Shown here in pieces: positions 1 through 12,882 of a DNA stretch of 64,000 nt (positions are counted from its first letter, which is position 1; every line of letters begins with the position of its first letter). A model generated the notes under the pieces. The model did no database searches and had not been told where the DNA came from. It worked only from the letters and a program-made list of their open reading frames with translations. The DNA is from Scyliorhinus canicula. Taxonomy: Eukaryota. The position numbers and the translations under genes were made by a program. The stretch is taken from assembly GCF_902713615.1 (NCBI RefSeq), contig NW_024055490.1:591262-655261 (forward strand). The letters run 5' to 3'.

Positions 1-478
1 ACTAATTCTGGATGAATTGTGTCCCAGGATGCTGTGGGAGGTGAGGGAGAGATTGCAGTGGTCTTACCCAAAGTTTTAACCATAAATTCGGCCTGTGATC
101 CGTAGAATTTAGAAGGTTTAGGTGTGATCTGATTGAAGTATTTAAGATATTAACAGGGAAAGACAGGGTAGATAAAGATAAACTATTTCCACTGGTTGGA
201 GATTCCAAAAGTAGGGATCATTGTCTAAAAATTAGGGCTTGACCGTTCAGGAGAGATGTTCGGAAGAACTTCTTCACACACAGGGTGGGAGAGGTTTGAA
301 ACTCTTTCCCACAAACAGCAGGTGAAGTTGCATCAGTTGTTAAGTTTAAATCTGAGGTAGAGTTTTGTTAAGCAAAGATATTAATGGATATGGAGTTAGA
401 TCACAGATCAGCCATGATCTCACTAAATGGCAGGACAGACTCGAGGGGCTGAATGGCCTACTCCTGTCCCTATGTGTA
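1..478 (+). mobile_element. CR1-clade LINE fragments (RT piece joined to 3' end)
   Basis: Decayed CR1 ORF2 C-terminal coding sequence followed by the typical tail gaatggcctactcctgtccctatgt, also seen at other CR1 ends in the window. Confidence 0.7.
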
Positions 479-514
479 TTTCTGTAATTCTGAAATACAG
501 ACAATAATATGACA

Positions 515-740
515 GGGGCAGCACGGTGGCGCAGTGGGGTTAGCCTTGCAGCCTCATGGCGCCGAGGACCCAGGTTCGATCCCGGCTCAGGGTTACTGTC
601 CGTGTGGAGTTTGCACATTCTCCCCATGTCTGCGTGGGTTTCGGCCCCACAACCCAAAAATGTGCAGGCTAGGTGGATTGGCCACACTAAATTGCCCCTT
701 AATTGGAAAAAAATGAATTGGGTACACTAAATTTAAAAAA
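515..740 (+). mobile_element. tRNA-derived SINE (elasmobranch HE1-like family)
   Basis: A-box/B-box head (ggcgcagtgg...ggttcgatcc), body gtgtggagtttgcacattctcc, A-rich tail. Related copies at about 14.4, 15.3, 17.8, 21.9, 26.7, 27.85, 32.1, 38.3, 45.1, 47.2 and 57.6 kb. Confidence 0.75.
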
Positions 741-751
741 GATAGTATACC

Positions 752-1740
752 ATGACAGGGAAAGAGTTCGGATTAGAACCTGAGTTAGTCCGAGCTGCAA
801 ACCATCCCTCCAGATCCTGGCCCTTCATGGATTTAATGAAGGCCAAGGCGATAGTTGGATTATTGAAAGACTTGACAGAGTTGTTGGATACCATTTTTTG
901 GGTCTCAGGATAAAGCCTGACGTAATTCACTCCCCACAGCCTTGAGCTGCCTTTGAACTTCATCGAAGCCTCGACGCTTCGTTTGTGTTGCTGACGAAAG
1001 TCCTGAATCGTCCCTCTCTCCTGGAGCCAGATGCCACCTCACCGTACCCTCTCCAGGACATTCTGGCGATCTTTCCAGTTGTGGAAGTGAATGATTACAG
1101 GCCTGGGATGAAAACTATCCCTCAGCCTCAGAGACAGGATACGATACATCCTTTCCAATTTGAAACACCCAGGCTTCACATCCAGCTTGAGAAAACGTGG
1201 CTTCCGGTCCTCGAAGAACTAACGGGAGCCTTACCATCCACACCTTCTGACAGGCCGCCAACTCGGATGTTCTTTCTCCGACACTCGGTTCTCCAAATCC
1301 TCTAGGACCTCCGCCAGCCACTCGGCTGGTTCTCAAAGGATTGAATTCTTGCCTCCGTTGAGGAGGCATCTTGCTGAATGTTCAGGATTCTCTCCTCCGG
1401 ATCATCGAGCCTCTTCCTGGTGTTTTGCAGCTGGGCCTCATGAGCTCACAGATATTGAGTCAGCACACTCTGCCTCTGGTCAGTAACACGGATAATGTCG
1501 GCAGTCATCATTTTCGCCACCTCTTGAGAGAGCCTCACAGAGCGCGGGATTGTGAGACCTCCTGAGGGTCAGGCCGCATTGTTGAAAAGGCGGCTTCATT
1601 ATGTTCTTATGTTCTTATGTTCATTCCCGCTGAATCCACCTGCGCTGTTTTATCAGCGCATTTCTTCACTTTTTACAGCATAATCCTTCCAGACCGAACC
1701 CTGAAGTCTTCCAGGGACATGATAACAAATATTAATTCAA
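752..1740 (-). mobile_element. Degenerate L1 ORF1 remnant
   Basis: Minus-strand peptides (MKFKGSSRLWGVNYVRLYP; EFNPLRTSRVA) resemble decayed L1 ORF1 RRM/CTD. A paralogous copy lies at 59117-60260. Confidence 0.55.
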
Positions 1741-2725
1741 GGATTAGGTAGATGAGTGCCAGGCAATCAGGATAATGCTGTACAATCAGGATTGTTCTGT
1801 GCTGTACTGTTCTATGTCTATGTCTATAAGTGACAGATCATAGGTCAGTGGCACGAGAACCTGCGGAAAACAAGCTAATCCCATTCTGGTGGGAGGGATT
1901 TCTTCACTCGAGGATGTGGTGAAGCTTTGGAATTCTCTACCTCCGAGGATTGTGCAGCTTCAGTCGTCAAGTATGTTCAAGACACAGATTGACAAGTTTC
2001 TGGATATTGAAGATGTCGAGGGATATGGGGATAAAGTGGGAAAACGGTGCTGAGCTAGATCGGCTAAGGATCCCATTGAATGGTTCAGCTTCAATGGGCC
2101 GAATGGCAGACTGCAACGCCTATTTGTTATGATCTCCTGGACAGGAAGCTGTGAGCTTGGATCTGTCAATCAACATGAATCAGCACCTTCAGGAGAATTG
2201 GGAGGGTGAATATTAGATACAGCAGAGTGAGAATGGAGGGAGATTGTGTGGGATGGAGATTTACAGCTTTCGGGGAATAAGATAGAGGAAACAATGTGAC
2301 ATAGAAACTAGCATTGCTGTTCTGAGTTTCAATCCTGTACTGACAGTGTTGAATTTTGTAAATTGTTTCTTCCAGGATATTAGACAAGGAGGAATTACAG
2401 ACAGAAATCTCAAATGTTACGTCCCGATCTGACAGCCACTCCCTTCTTTGGAACCTGAATACCATCGGGCTTTCAATCTAGAAGGAGAAATGTTTACCCG
2501 AACTGTTAGCTAAACATTTCAACCATTAGTGCGACTGGAAAAGCACCGAGACCCACACAACACACACCCGAGTGAGAGAGTTCCAGTGAACTGACTGTGG
2601 AAAGAGCTTAAACCAGTTACACAGCCTAAAAACACAACCTTCAGAGTGAGGAGATACCGTACCCGTGTTGTGGATGAGGCTTCAACTGATTGTCCAAACT
2701 GCAGAGACGTGAGGAGACCCAAAAC

Positions 2726-3544
2726 ATGGAGAAACCGTGGAAATGTGGGGATTGTGGGAAGGGATTCAGAGTCCCATCTCAGCTGGAAATTCATCAACGC
2801 AGTCACAGTGGGGAGAGGCCATTCACCTGCTCGAAGTGTGGGAAGGGATTTACTCAGTTCTCCAGTCTGCAGAAACATCAGCGAGTTCACACTGGGGAGA
2901 GGCCGTTCACCTGCTCCCAGTGTGGGAAGGGATTTACTCAGTTCTCCAGTCTGCAGACACATCAGCGAGTTCACACTGGGGAGAAGCCATTCACCTGCTC
3001 CCAGTGTGGGAAGGGATTTACTCAATTATATCACCTTCAGAGACACCTGCGAGTTCACACTGGAGAGAGGCCGTTCACCTGCTCTCAATGTGGGAAAGGA
3101 TTTGCTGAAGTATCCAACCTGCAGTCACACCAGCGAGTTCACACTGGGGAGAGGCCATTCACCTGCTCTCAGTGTGGGAAAGGATTTACTCAATTATCTC
3201 ACCTGCGGACACACCAGCGAGTTCACACTGGGGAGAGGCCGTTCACCTGCTCTCAATGTGGGAAAGGATTTGCTGAAGTATCCAACCTGCGGAGACACCA
3301 GCGAGTTCAGAATGGGGAGAGGCCATTCACCTGCTCTCGGTGTGGGAACGGATTCACTCGGTTATCTCACCTGCGGACGCACCAGCGAGTTCACACTGGG
3401 GAGAGGCCGTTGATCTGCTCTCAGTGTGGGAAAGGATTTACTCGTTTATCCAGCCTGCGGAGACACCAGCGAGTTCACACTGGGGAGACGCCGTCCACCT
3501 CTCACTGTGAGACGGGATTGCATGTTTCATCGCACCTGCTGTGA
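2726..3544 (+). CDS. C2H2 zinc-finger protein ZNF-A, 272 aa, 9 tandem fingers (7th has H->Q), no KRAB/SCAN/SET domain seen
   Basis: ATG at 2726 ([14 protein letters not shown]), HTGERPF linkers, 84-bp periodicity. The upstream part of the same exon (acceptor near 2375, to 2725) holds degenerate fingers with stops, so the original reading frame was probably longer. Confidence 0.8.
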   Translation: MEKPWKCGDCGKGFRVPSQLEIHQRSHSGERPFTCSKCGKGFTQFSSLQKHQRVHTGERPFTCSQCGKGFTQFSSLQTHQRVHTGEKPFTCSQCGKGFTQLYHLQRHLRVHTGERPFTCSQCGKGFAEVSNLQSHQRVHTGERPFTCSQCGKGFTQLSHLRTHQRVHTGERPFTCSQCGKGFAEVSNLRRHQRVQNGERPFTCSRCGNGFTRLSHLRTHQRVHTGERPLICSQCGKGFTRLSSLRRHQRVHTGETPSTSHCETGLHVSSHLL

Positions 3545-4247
3545 CACCAACAATTTCACGATCGATTACAGGGGTTGGATTCTGCTGTTATTGTTCCTGC
3601 TCTATATCCAGGACTGCATTTTGTTCATTCTGACAGGTGGTCAGTGGGGATGGTTGGAGGGTTTCTTTCTGCTGGACTGGCTGGTCTCACCACTTTGCCT
3701 CCAGTCGGCTGATGCTCTTTGAGCCTTGTTGCTAACACCTGGTTTCAAATTGCACAAGGATCTCCGAGTGAAAGGGTGTTTGGTAGTGTGAAGATATTTA
3801 GTTTCCATTTCTGTTTCAAACCCTCCAAACATGCCATGTTGCCATGGAGATGGGCCCTGGTGGTTACCTGGTTCTTTTGTTTAAGTTATCTGGGTGTTCC
3901 TCACATAAGAAAACTATCAGGGTATGAGCAGCAAGTTGTCTGAGGTGGATTGGGAAACTGATTGGTACAGGGAATACCTAATATTTAAGGAATTATTACA
4001 TATTTATCAGGGGGTCGGTCAGCTCAGTTGGCTGGACGGCTGGTTTGTGATGCAGAGCGAGGCCAACAGTGAGGATTTAACTCCCGTATTGGCTGAGTTG
4101 ATTCATGGAGGCCCTGCCTTCTCAACCAGGCCCCTCGCCTGAGGTGTACTGACCCTCGGGTTAAATCACCTCCAGTCAGCTAGCTCTCTCTGTCAAAGGG
4201 GAGAGCAGCCTATGGTCCTCTGGGATTTTTGCAACTTTTATTTCACA

Positions 4248-5392
4248 TAAATACAACAAATATAGATTCCTTTAAAGAATAAAAATCCAACAGGAAAAGT
4301 GATGGAACCATGGCTAACAAGAAAAGTTAAAGATTCATGAGATCCATTAGAATTCAGCAAAGGAGGACCAAGAAACTGATGAGAGCAAACTGGCGAGAAA
4401 CATAAAAACCGACTGGAAAAGGTTTGACAGGAATGTGAAAAGAAAAAGATTAGCAAAGACCAATGTGGGCCCATTCCAGGCAGAGACAGAAGAGTTTATA
4501 ATGGGGAGTAAGGAAATGGCAGAGAAACTGAACAATGTGTGTCTGTCTTCACGGAGGAAGATGCAAAAATTTCCCCAAAACCCGAGAGACCCAAGGGGCT
4601 CGTGAGCACAAGGAACAGTAAGAGATGAGAATTAGTGAAAAAGTAGTACTGGAGAAATTAATGGGGTTGGAAGTGAATAAATCCCCAAAAGCTGATGATC
4701 CACATCCCAGAGTGTTGAACGAGGTGGCTGTAGAGATCTCTATTCCTCATTCTAAATTCTCCTGACTCTATCTGGAATGGACAAACTTTTCCTTTTTACG
4801 TACCTATAGAAACCTTTACCATCCATTTTTATGTAATTTGCTGTTTCACATTCATTTTCTGTTCTCCCTCGCTTTCTCGGTGTCTTGGTCCTTTGCTCTA
4901 TTATAAAATCGTCCCAATCCTCAGGTTTATTCCTATTTCTGATAACTTTATCAGCCTTTTTTTTCAATCTTTTACAAAACTTCACTTCCTCTGGTAGTCA
5001 GTTCTCTGACCTTTTGGGGTTCTTGTGCTCTGAAGGAAAGTAAACTGTGTAATAATTATTGAAAGTCTATCCATTGCCTGTGGACTGTCATATTTTAATT
5101 TATTTACCCCAATCCTCCTCAGCTAATTTATCCCTTCAACCTTCATAACTTCCTTCAAGCTTAGTACCCTGGCTTCAGATTGGAATACCTCATATTCAAT
5201 ATTCTGGTCATTCATCCCTTAAGGTTGTTTTCAGCGCGATTATCAATTAGCCCTTTATCATTGCATCACACTAGATCTACAAGAGCCTGTTCTCTAGTCG
5301 GTTCCTCAACATACTGCTGTAGATAACTGTCCCTAACACACTCCAAAAACTTGTCCTGCACAGCATCAGTGCCCATTAAGTTTACCCAGTCT
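4248..5392. mobile_element. CR1 ORF2 fragments in both orientations
   Basis: Plus-strand piece 4248-4740 and minus-strand pieces (KFLECVRDSYLQQYVEEPTREQALVDLV; NKPEDWDDFIIEQR) typical of the CR1 EN-RT region. Confidence 0.7.
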
Positions 5393-5763
5393 GGACTTCC
5401 GGTGTGCAGTATGACGTGAGTGAGCACACAGAGGCAGCTCCTGTCCAAGGTTACAGAAAAGAGCTCTTTTTTTGGGCGGCACAGGTTGGAATTTTGATGA
5501 AAAGCCGTTGGTGAATGTTCAAGGAGTACTTTCCCCCAGGAATAGTATGTTTCTGGGTTATCAGACCCTCAGAAACAGTGCAAGATCGGGCGGAAGCAGC
5601 AGCAAACAAGAGCCTCTGCAAGCAGGCAAGCGGGGGAAGGGCCAGCTCAGATTTCTCAAGCTGACTTGAGGGCCTTTATGAAAGCTGAATTCTAGCAGCA
5701 GTCGACGCTGTCCCGACGAATCCCAGTGGGGGAAGGTGTCTAGAGGAGCATTCCCCATAATTT

Positions 5764-6598
5764 ATGGTGCTCACCCGGAGTGGGGCAAAGGAAAAAGCTG
5801 CAGCAGCTCCCCAAGAAAAGCGGAGGAAGCAGGACAAAATGGCGGCCGGCGGAACACCCGAGGACTGGTGGAAATGGGCGCAGGAGCAGCAGGCCTCTCT
5901 TCTGCGCTGTTTTGCGGAGCTGAAGGCTGAGTTGCTGGACTCCCTAAATGCAACTACAAACAAGCTGCTTGGGACCCAGGCGGCGTCCATTCGGGAGTTG
6001 CAGCAGCAGGCCGCTGAGAGGGAGGAGGAAGCCGTGGTCCTCGTGGGGAAAGTGGAGTTGCACGAGGCACTTCACAAAAAGTGGCAAGACCGCATGGAGG
6101 AGCTGGACGTTCGCACGAGGTGAAAGAATTTGAGGATCCTGGGCCTGGCGGAGGGGCTGGAGGGGTCGGATCTCCCGGCGTATGTGACCACGATGTTGAG
6201 CTCGTTGATGGGAGCGGGGTCCTTCCATTTGCCCCTGGAGCTTGAGGGAGCTCATCGAGTGATGGCCAGGAGGCCTAAGGCAAATGAACCCCCGCGGGCG
6301 GTGCTGGTGCGGTTCCATCGGTTTAGTGACCGGGAGTGTGTGCTGCGCTGGGCCAAGAAAGAGAGGAGCAGCAAGTGGGAGAATTCGGTGGTGCGAATCT
6401 ACCAGGACTGGAGTGCGGAGGTGGCAAAGCGGCGGGCCGGGTTCAACCGGACGAAGGCGGTGCTGCATGCCAAGCAGGTCAGATTTGGAATGCTGCAGCC
6501 TGCGCGTCTGTGGGTGACATAAGGACCGGCACTACTACTTCGAGTCCCTGGAGGAGGCGTGGGCCTTTGTACAGGCGGAGAAGCTGGACTCAAACTAG
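5764..6598 (+). pseudogene. L1-A ORF1p (coiled coil + RRM + CTD), disrupted
   Basis: RTR*KNLRILGLAEG motif with TGA at 6121-6123, and a 2-bp deletion near 6520. Confidence 0.85.
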
Positions 6599-7226
6599 GG
6601 TCTGGGGACACACTATGGCCGTTGCTGTTTTCACTGTCGCTGTTCTTCAATTTTGACAGGTGTTATTTTAAGCTGGTTTTCTTTTTGCTCTGTTTCCGGG
6701 TGGGTTTGTCTGTTGGGTATGGGTGTGGGGAACGTTGGGGGTATGTGCTTTATATGTTCTCTTCTGTACGGGGCTGGGGGCTGGGGTGAAACTGGATTTT
6801 GAGGAGCTGTGTCAGAAGGGTGGGGTGTGGCAGTGTGAAAGCACGGGCTTTCCTCTGGATGTCCGCGCTGCGGGGCGGGGGGGGCGGAGCTGGAGGTGGG
6901 GGCGTGGCCTTCACTGGTTTTCTTTCCCCCGCTGAAGCAGTGCCAAGGAGGTGTGGCAAGAGGGGGATGACCCCATGCCGGGAGGAGATGGGTTTTGGCG
7001 GGAGCTGCTGGGTCAGCAGAAGTCAGCTGACTCACGGAAGTACCATGGAGGGTGTGTCGCGGCTAGGAGGGGTCCTAGCGTGGGGGGGTGGGGGGGGATA
7101 CCGGGTTGCTGCTGGAATGGCCAGGAAGGAGCTGGTGTGGGCCGGGTGGGGTAGAAGAGAGGCGTTATCGCCATGGGGAACGGGTCAGGCGGGGCGAGCT
7201 GGCCTGGGACGAGCAGTCGATAAGCT

Positions 7227-10200
7227 ATGGCTAGCCGGCAGGGGAGAGGGGCAGGTTGCCCTCTGATCCGGCTGATTACCTGGAACGTGAGGGGACTGAA
7301 TGGGCCGGTTAAGAGAACTAGGGTATTTTCTCATCTGAAGGGGCTGAAGGCGGACGTGGCTATGCTCCAGGAGACCCACTTGAAGGTGGCGGACCAGGTT
7401 CGTCTGAGGAAGGGGTGGGTGGGGTAGGGTTTTCACTCAGGATTTGATGCGAAGAACCGGGGGGTGGCGATTCTGGTGGGGAAGAGGGTGGCGTTCTAGG
7501 CGGCTGAGGTGGTGTCGGACAAGGAGGGCAGATATATTATGGTGAAGGGTAGGCTGCAAGGAGAGAAGGTGGTGCTGGTTAATGTATATGCCCCGAATTG
7601 GGATGATGCCGGCTTCATGAGGCGCTTGTTGGGCCGCATTCCGGACCTGGAGGCGGGGGGCCTGATCATGGGGGGGAGACTTTAACACAGTGCTGGATCC
7701 CCCACTGGACCGGTCCAGTTCAAGGATGGGTAGGAGACTGGCGGCGGCCAAAGTGCTGAGGGGGTTTATGAACCAGATGGGAGGGGTGGATCCCTGGAGG
7801 TTTGGGAGACCGAGAGCGCGGGAGTATTCCTTTTTCTCCCATGTCCATAGGGTCTATTCCCGAATAGATTTTTTCATCTTGAGCAGGGAATTGATCCTGA
7901 AGGTGCAGGATGCAGAGTATTCGGCCATAGCGATTTCAGACCATGCTCCGCACTGGGTTGATCTGGAGATGGGGGAGGCGTGGGACCAGCGCCCGCTCTG
8001 GCGCCTGGATGTGGGGATGCTGGCTGATGGGGAGGTGTGTAGGAGGGTCCGGGGAAGTATTGCAGGGTACCTGGATACCAACGACACGGGGGAGGTCCGG
8101 GTGGGGATGGTCTGGGAGGCTCTGAAAGCAGTGATCCGGGGGGAGCTGATCTCCATCCGGGCCCATAGGGAAAGGAGGGAGAGGAAGGAGAGGGAGAGAC
8201 TGGTGAGGGAGCTCCTGGATGTGGACAGGAGATACGTGGAGGCACCGGAGGAGGGGTTGCTGGTGGAACGGCGCAGTTTGCAGGCCAAATTTGACTTGTT
8301 GACCACCAGAAAGGCGGAGACACAGTGGAGGAGGTCACATATGAGTATGGGGAGAAGGCGAGCAGGATGTTGGCGCATCTGCTCCGCAGGCGAGATGCGG
8401 CTAGGAAAATTGGTGGAGTGACGGATAGGGGTGGGAATGTAGTGCAGAAGGGGACAGAAGTAAATGGGATCTTTAGGGACTTCTACGAGGAACTGTACCG
8501 GTCAGAACCTCCGATGGGGAGAGGGGGGATGGAGAGCTTCATGAACAGGCTATGTTTCCCAAGGGTTCAAGAGGAGCTGGTAGAGGGGCTGGGGGCGCCG
8601 ATAGAGTTGGAGGAGCTAGTCAGGGGGATTGGACAAAGGCAGTCAGGTAAGGCGCCGGGGCCGGACGGGTTCCCGGTGGAATTTTATAAAAAGTATGCGG
8701 ATCTGGTGGGCCCCGTGTTGGTGCGAGCCTTCAATGAGGCATGGGGGGGGGGGGGGGGGCTTTGCCCCCGACGATGTCGCGGGCACTGATCTCTCTGATC
8801 CTGAAGCGGGATAAGGACCCCTTGCAGTGTGGATCATACAGGCCTATCTCGCTCCTCAATGTTGACGCTAAGTTGCTGGCGAAGATCCTGGCCACCAGGA
8901 TAGAGGACTGTGTGCCAGGGGTGATACACGAGGATCAGACAGGATTTGGCAAGGGACGGCAGCTCAACACGAATGTGCGGAGACTGCTAACTGTTATTAT
9001 GATGCCGGCAGTGGAGGGGGAGGCGGAGATAGTGGTGGCGCTGGATGCGGAGAAAGCGTTTGATAGAGTTGAGTGGGGGTACCTGTGGGAGGTGCTGGAG
9101 CGGTTCGGATTCGGGGAGGGATTCATCAAATGGGTGAGGCTGCTCTACGAGGCTCCGATGGCAAGTGTAGTTACCAATGGAAGGAGATCGGAGTACTTTA
9201 GACACTACCGTGGGACCAGGCAGGGGTGCCCCCTGTCCCCCTTGCTCTTTGCACTGGCGTTTGAACCTTTGGCTATGGCGTTGAGGGAGTCAGGGAGATG
9301 GAGGGGTCTGGTGCGGGGTGGGGAGGAACATCGTGTATCGCTGTATGCGGGCGACCTGCTGTTGTATGTGGCAGATCCAGAAGGGGGAATGCCGGGGGTG
9401 ATGGAGCTGTTAGCGGAATTTGGGGGCTTCTCGGGCTATAAGTTAAATTTAGGCAAGAGTGAGGTATTTGTAGTACACCCGGGTGATCAGGAGGATGGAA
9501 TTGGGAGACTCCCATTTAAGAGGGCCGTGAAGAGTTTCAGATACCTGAGGGTGCAGGTGGCCAGGAGTTGGGGGACTTTCCATAAGCTTAATTTTACCAG
9601 GCTGGTGGAGCAGATGGAGGAGGAATTTAAAAGGTGGGACATGGCACCGCTATCGTTGGCGGGAAGAGTGCACTCCGTCAAAATGACGGTTCTCCCGAGG
9701 TTCTTGTTCCTTTTTCAGTGTTTGCCCATCTTTATCCCTAGGGCCTTTTTTAGAAGGGTGACTAGCAGCATCATGAGCTTTGTTTGGGCGCATGGGACCC
9801 CGAGGGTGAAGAGGGTCTTCTTGGAGCGGGGTAGAGATGGGGGGGGGCTGGCGTTACCCAATCTCTCGGGGTATTATTGGGCGGCCAATGTGTCGATGGT
9901 GCGCAAGTGGGTAATGGAGGGGGAGGGGGCAGCATGGAAACGGATGGAGAGGGCGTCCTGTGGAGATACAAGCCTGGGGACCCTGGTAACGGCGCCGTGG
10001 CCGCTCCCTCCTACGAGGTATACCACGAGTCCGGTGGTGGCGGCTACCCTCAAGATTTGGGGGCAGTGGAGGCGACACAGGGGAGAAGTGAGGGGCTCGA
10101 TGGAGGCTCCGTTAAGGGGGAACCATAGGTTCGTCCCGGGGAACATTGATGGGGGATTTCAGGGTTGGCACAGAGCGGGCATCAGACAGCTGATGGGAGG

Positions 10201-11001
10201 TTTGCGAGCCTGGGGGAGTTGGAGGAGAAATTTGGGCTCCCCCCGGGGAACATGTTCAGGTATCTGCAGGTAAAGGCATTTGCTAGGCGGCAGGTGGAGG
10301 GATTCCCTTCGCTTCCCGTGAGGGGGGTGAGCGACAGGGTGCTTTCGGGGGTCTGGGTCGGAGAGGGGAAGATATCTGATATCTACAAGGTTATGCAGGA
10401 GGCAGAGGAGGCATCAGTAGAGGAGCTGAAAGCTAAGTGGGAGGGGGAACTGGGGGAACAGATCGAAGACGGGACATGGGCTGATGCTCTGGAGAGGGTT
10501 AATTCTTCCTCCTCGTGTCCGCGGCTTAGCCTCATCCAATTCAAGGTACTGCATAGGGCCCACATGACTGGGACGAGGATGAGTAGGTTCTTTGGGGGTG
10601 AAGACAGGTGTGTCAGGTGCTCGGGGAGTCCAGCGAACCATGCCCATATGTTCTGGGCATGCCCGGCACTGGAGGAGTTCTGGAAGGGGGTGGCGAGGAC
10701 GGTGTCGAGGGTGGTGGGATCCAGGGTCAAGCCAGGATGGGGACTCGCGATTTTTGGGGTTGGGGTGGAGCCGGGAGTGCAGGAGGCGAAAGAGGCCGGT
10801 GTGCTGGCCTTTGCATCCCTAGTAGCCCGGCGAAGGATCTTGCTACAATGGAAGGATGCGAGGCCCCCAAGCGTGGAGACCTGGATCAATGACATGGCGG
10901 GTTTCATTAAGCTAGAGAAGGTCAAATTCGCCCTGAGAGGGTCGGTACAAGGGTTCTTTAGGCGGTGGCAACCTTTTCTCGACTTTCTGGCTCAACGATA
11001 G
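7227..11001 (+). pseudogene. L1-A ORF2p (EN-RT-CCHC), disrupted
   Basis: Split across ORFs 7227, 7690, 8325, 8741 and 10165. The catalytic YADD reads YAGD at 9344-9355. Confidence 0.9.
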
Positions 11002-11065
11002 GGTACAGGGACAGTAGCAGCAGCAACCCGGAGGGGAGGTGGGAGAAGGGGGGTGGGGGGGGGGG

Positions 11066-12882
11066 AGTGCTGAGGGAGCTGCCGTTCCGGTTAGTTGGGG
11101 ACAGTTTCAGGTACCTGGGAATACAAGTGGCGCGGGATTGGGGTCGACTGCACAAGCTGAACCTGTCCCGACTGGTAGATCAAATGCGAGGGGAGTTCCG
11201 AAGGTGGGATGCGCTCCCGCTGTCGTTAGCTGGGAGAGTACAGACAGTTAAAATGACGGTCCTCCCGAGGTTCTTATTCGTGTTCCAATGTCTCTCCATT
11301 TTCATTCCATGTTCCTTTTTTAAGAGGGTAAGCAAGATCATTTTGGGCTTTGCATAGGCGGGCAAATCGTCGTGTGTGAAGAGGGTGATGCTCGAGCAGA
11401 ACCGGGGGGGATGGGGGGCTTCCACTGCCGAATTTCAGCAACTATTATTCGGCGGCTCACGTAGCCATGATAAGGAAGTAGGTGGTGGGGGAGGGTTGGC
11501 TTGGGAGCGGGTGGAGGCAACCTCGTGTAGGGGTACCAGTCTGGGGGCGTTGGTGACGGCACCTCTGCCGTTCCCGCCAGCGCGCTTCTCCACCAGCCCC
11601 GTAGTGGTGGCGACCCTTCGGATCTGGGGGCAGTGGAGGAGGCACGTGGGAGCAACGGGAGCATCGGTCTGGTCCCCGATATGTGACAGCCATCGGTTTG
11701 CCCCGGGGAGGTTGGACGGGGGTTCTGGGTATGGCAGAGGGCTGGGATTGAGCGGATGGTGATTTGTTTTTGGAAGGGAGCTTCCCGAGCTTGAGGGCGC
11801 TGGAGGCCAAGTTTGGGTTGACGAGGGGGAATGAATTCCGGTATATTCAGGTGCGGGACTTTTTGCGCAGGCAGGTGCCATCTTTTCCACTCTCGCCTCT
11901 AAAGGGAATCCAAGATCAGGTCGTGTCTAGAGGATGGGTGGGGGAGGTAAGTGTCTCGGATATTTACAAGGAGCTCATGGGGGTGGAGAAGACATAGACC
12001 GAGGAGCTGAGGCATAAATGGGAGGAGGAGATGGGAGGGGAAATTGAGGAAGGCCTGTGGGTGGACATGCTGAGCAGGGTTAATGGGACTGCAAAATGTG
12101 CCAGGCTTGGCCAGATTCAATTTAAGGTCGTCCACCGGGCCCCACATGACAGTGTCCCGGATGGGCAGATTCTTCGGCGTAGAGGACAGGTGTGTAAAGT
12201 GGCTGAGAGGACCGGCAGACCATGTCCACATGAAAATGAAAATCGCTTATTGTCACGAGTAGGCTTCAATGAAGTTACTGTGAAAAGCCCCTAGTCGCCA
12301 CATTCCGGCACCTGTCCGGGGAGGCTGGTACGGCATGTTTTGGGAATGTCCAAAACTGAGGAGATACTGGCAGGGATCCGAGGACGTCATGTCCAGAGTA
12401 TTTAACACGAGGTTGGCAATGAGTCCAGAGGTGGCGATTTTTGGGGTTTCAGGGGCCCCGGAAGTCCAGGGGGAGAAAGAGGCCGACGTTTTGGCCTTTG
12501 CTTCCCTGGTAGCCCGGGGACGGATACTTCTAGCTTTGAGGGACTCAAAGCCTCCGAGGTCGGAAGGCTGGCTGTCAGATATGGCGAGTTTCCTTGGCTT
12601 AGAGAAAATCAAGTTTGCCTTGAGAGGGTCGTGGTTAGGGTTCGCCCGGAGGTGGCAACCATTTATTGACTTATTTGCGGATAATTGATCGTCAGCAGGG
12701 CGGGGCGGGGGGAGGGTTAGGGTAATGTGTATAGGGGGTCATTTAGGCAGATCTGGGTGGGGTGGACTACGGCAATTGCACTATGTACTTTGTTTACTGC
12801 ACAGCCCTTTTTTTTCATGTTCTGTAATTCTACTGTTTAGGATGCTGGAAAATACCTCATTAAAATTGTTTGTTTAAAAAAA
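11066..12882 (+). mobile_element. 5'-truncated L1 (L1-B, different subfamily) with 3' UTR and poly(A)
   Basis: ORF2 C-terminal half (RYLGIQVARDWGRLHKLN...WQPFIDLFADN*), ending in an A-run at about 12877-12883. Confidence 0.88.
12231..12333 (-). mobile_element. Second SINE family copy inserted in L1-B
   Basis: Reverse complement of the cttttcacagtaacttcattgaagcctacttgtgacaataagcgattttc family. It splits the HVHMFWECP codons with a CATG duplication. Other copies at about 15.55, 16.65, 18.4, 24.35, 26.87 and 39.53 kb. Confidence 0.75.

Larger units (their letters stand above)
5393..11065 (+). mobile_element. Near full-length L1 retrotransposon (L1-A), inactivated
   Basis: 5' end ggacttccggt; ORF1, inter-ORF spacer, ORF2 with APE endonuclease (LITWNVRGLN, MLQETHL), RT (GTRQGCPLSPLLF) and C-terminal CCHC (CVRC..HAHMFWACP). 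Multiple stops and frameshifts. Confidence 0.93.

Noticed and set aside
515-740. SINE heads as tRNA genes
   Set aside because: They have A/B boxes but no complete cloverleaf and continue into a shared SINE body; counted as mobile elements.
2519-3413. Long alternative-frame and antisense ORFs over the ZNF arrays (also at 13.3, 20.5 and 61.5 kb)
   Set aside because: Shadow frames of the 84-bp finger periodicity, with no independent coding signal.
8741-10273. 510-aa RT ORF as an active L1
   Set aside because: Catalytic YADD is mutated to YAGD and upstream ORF1/EN carry stops and frameshifts.
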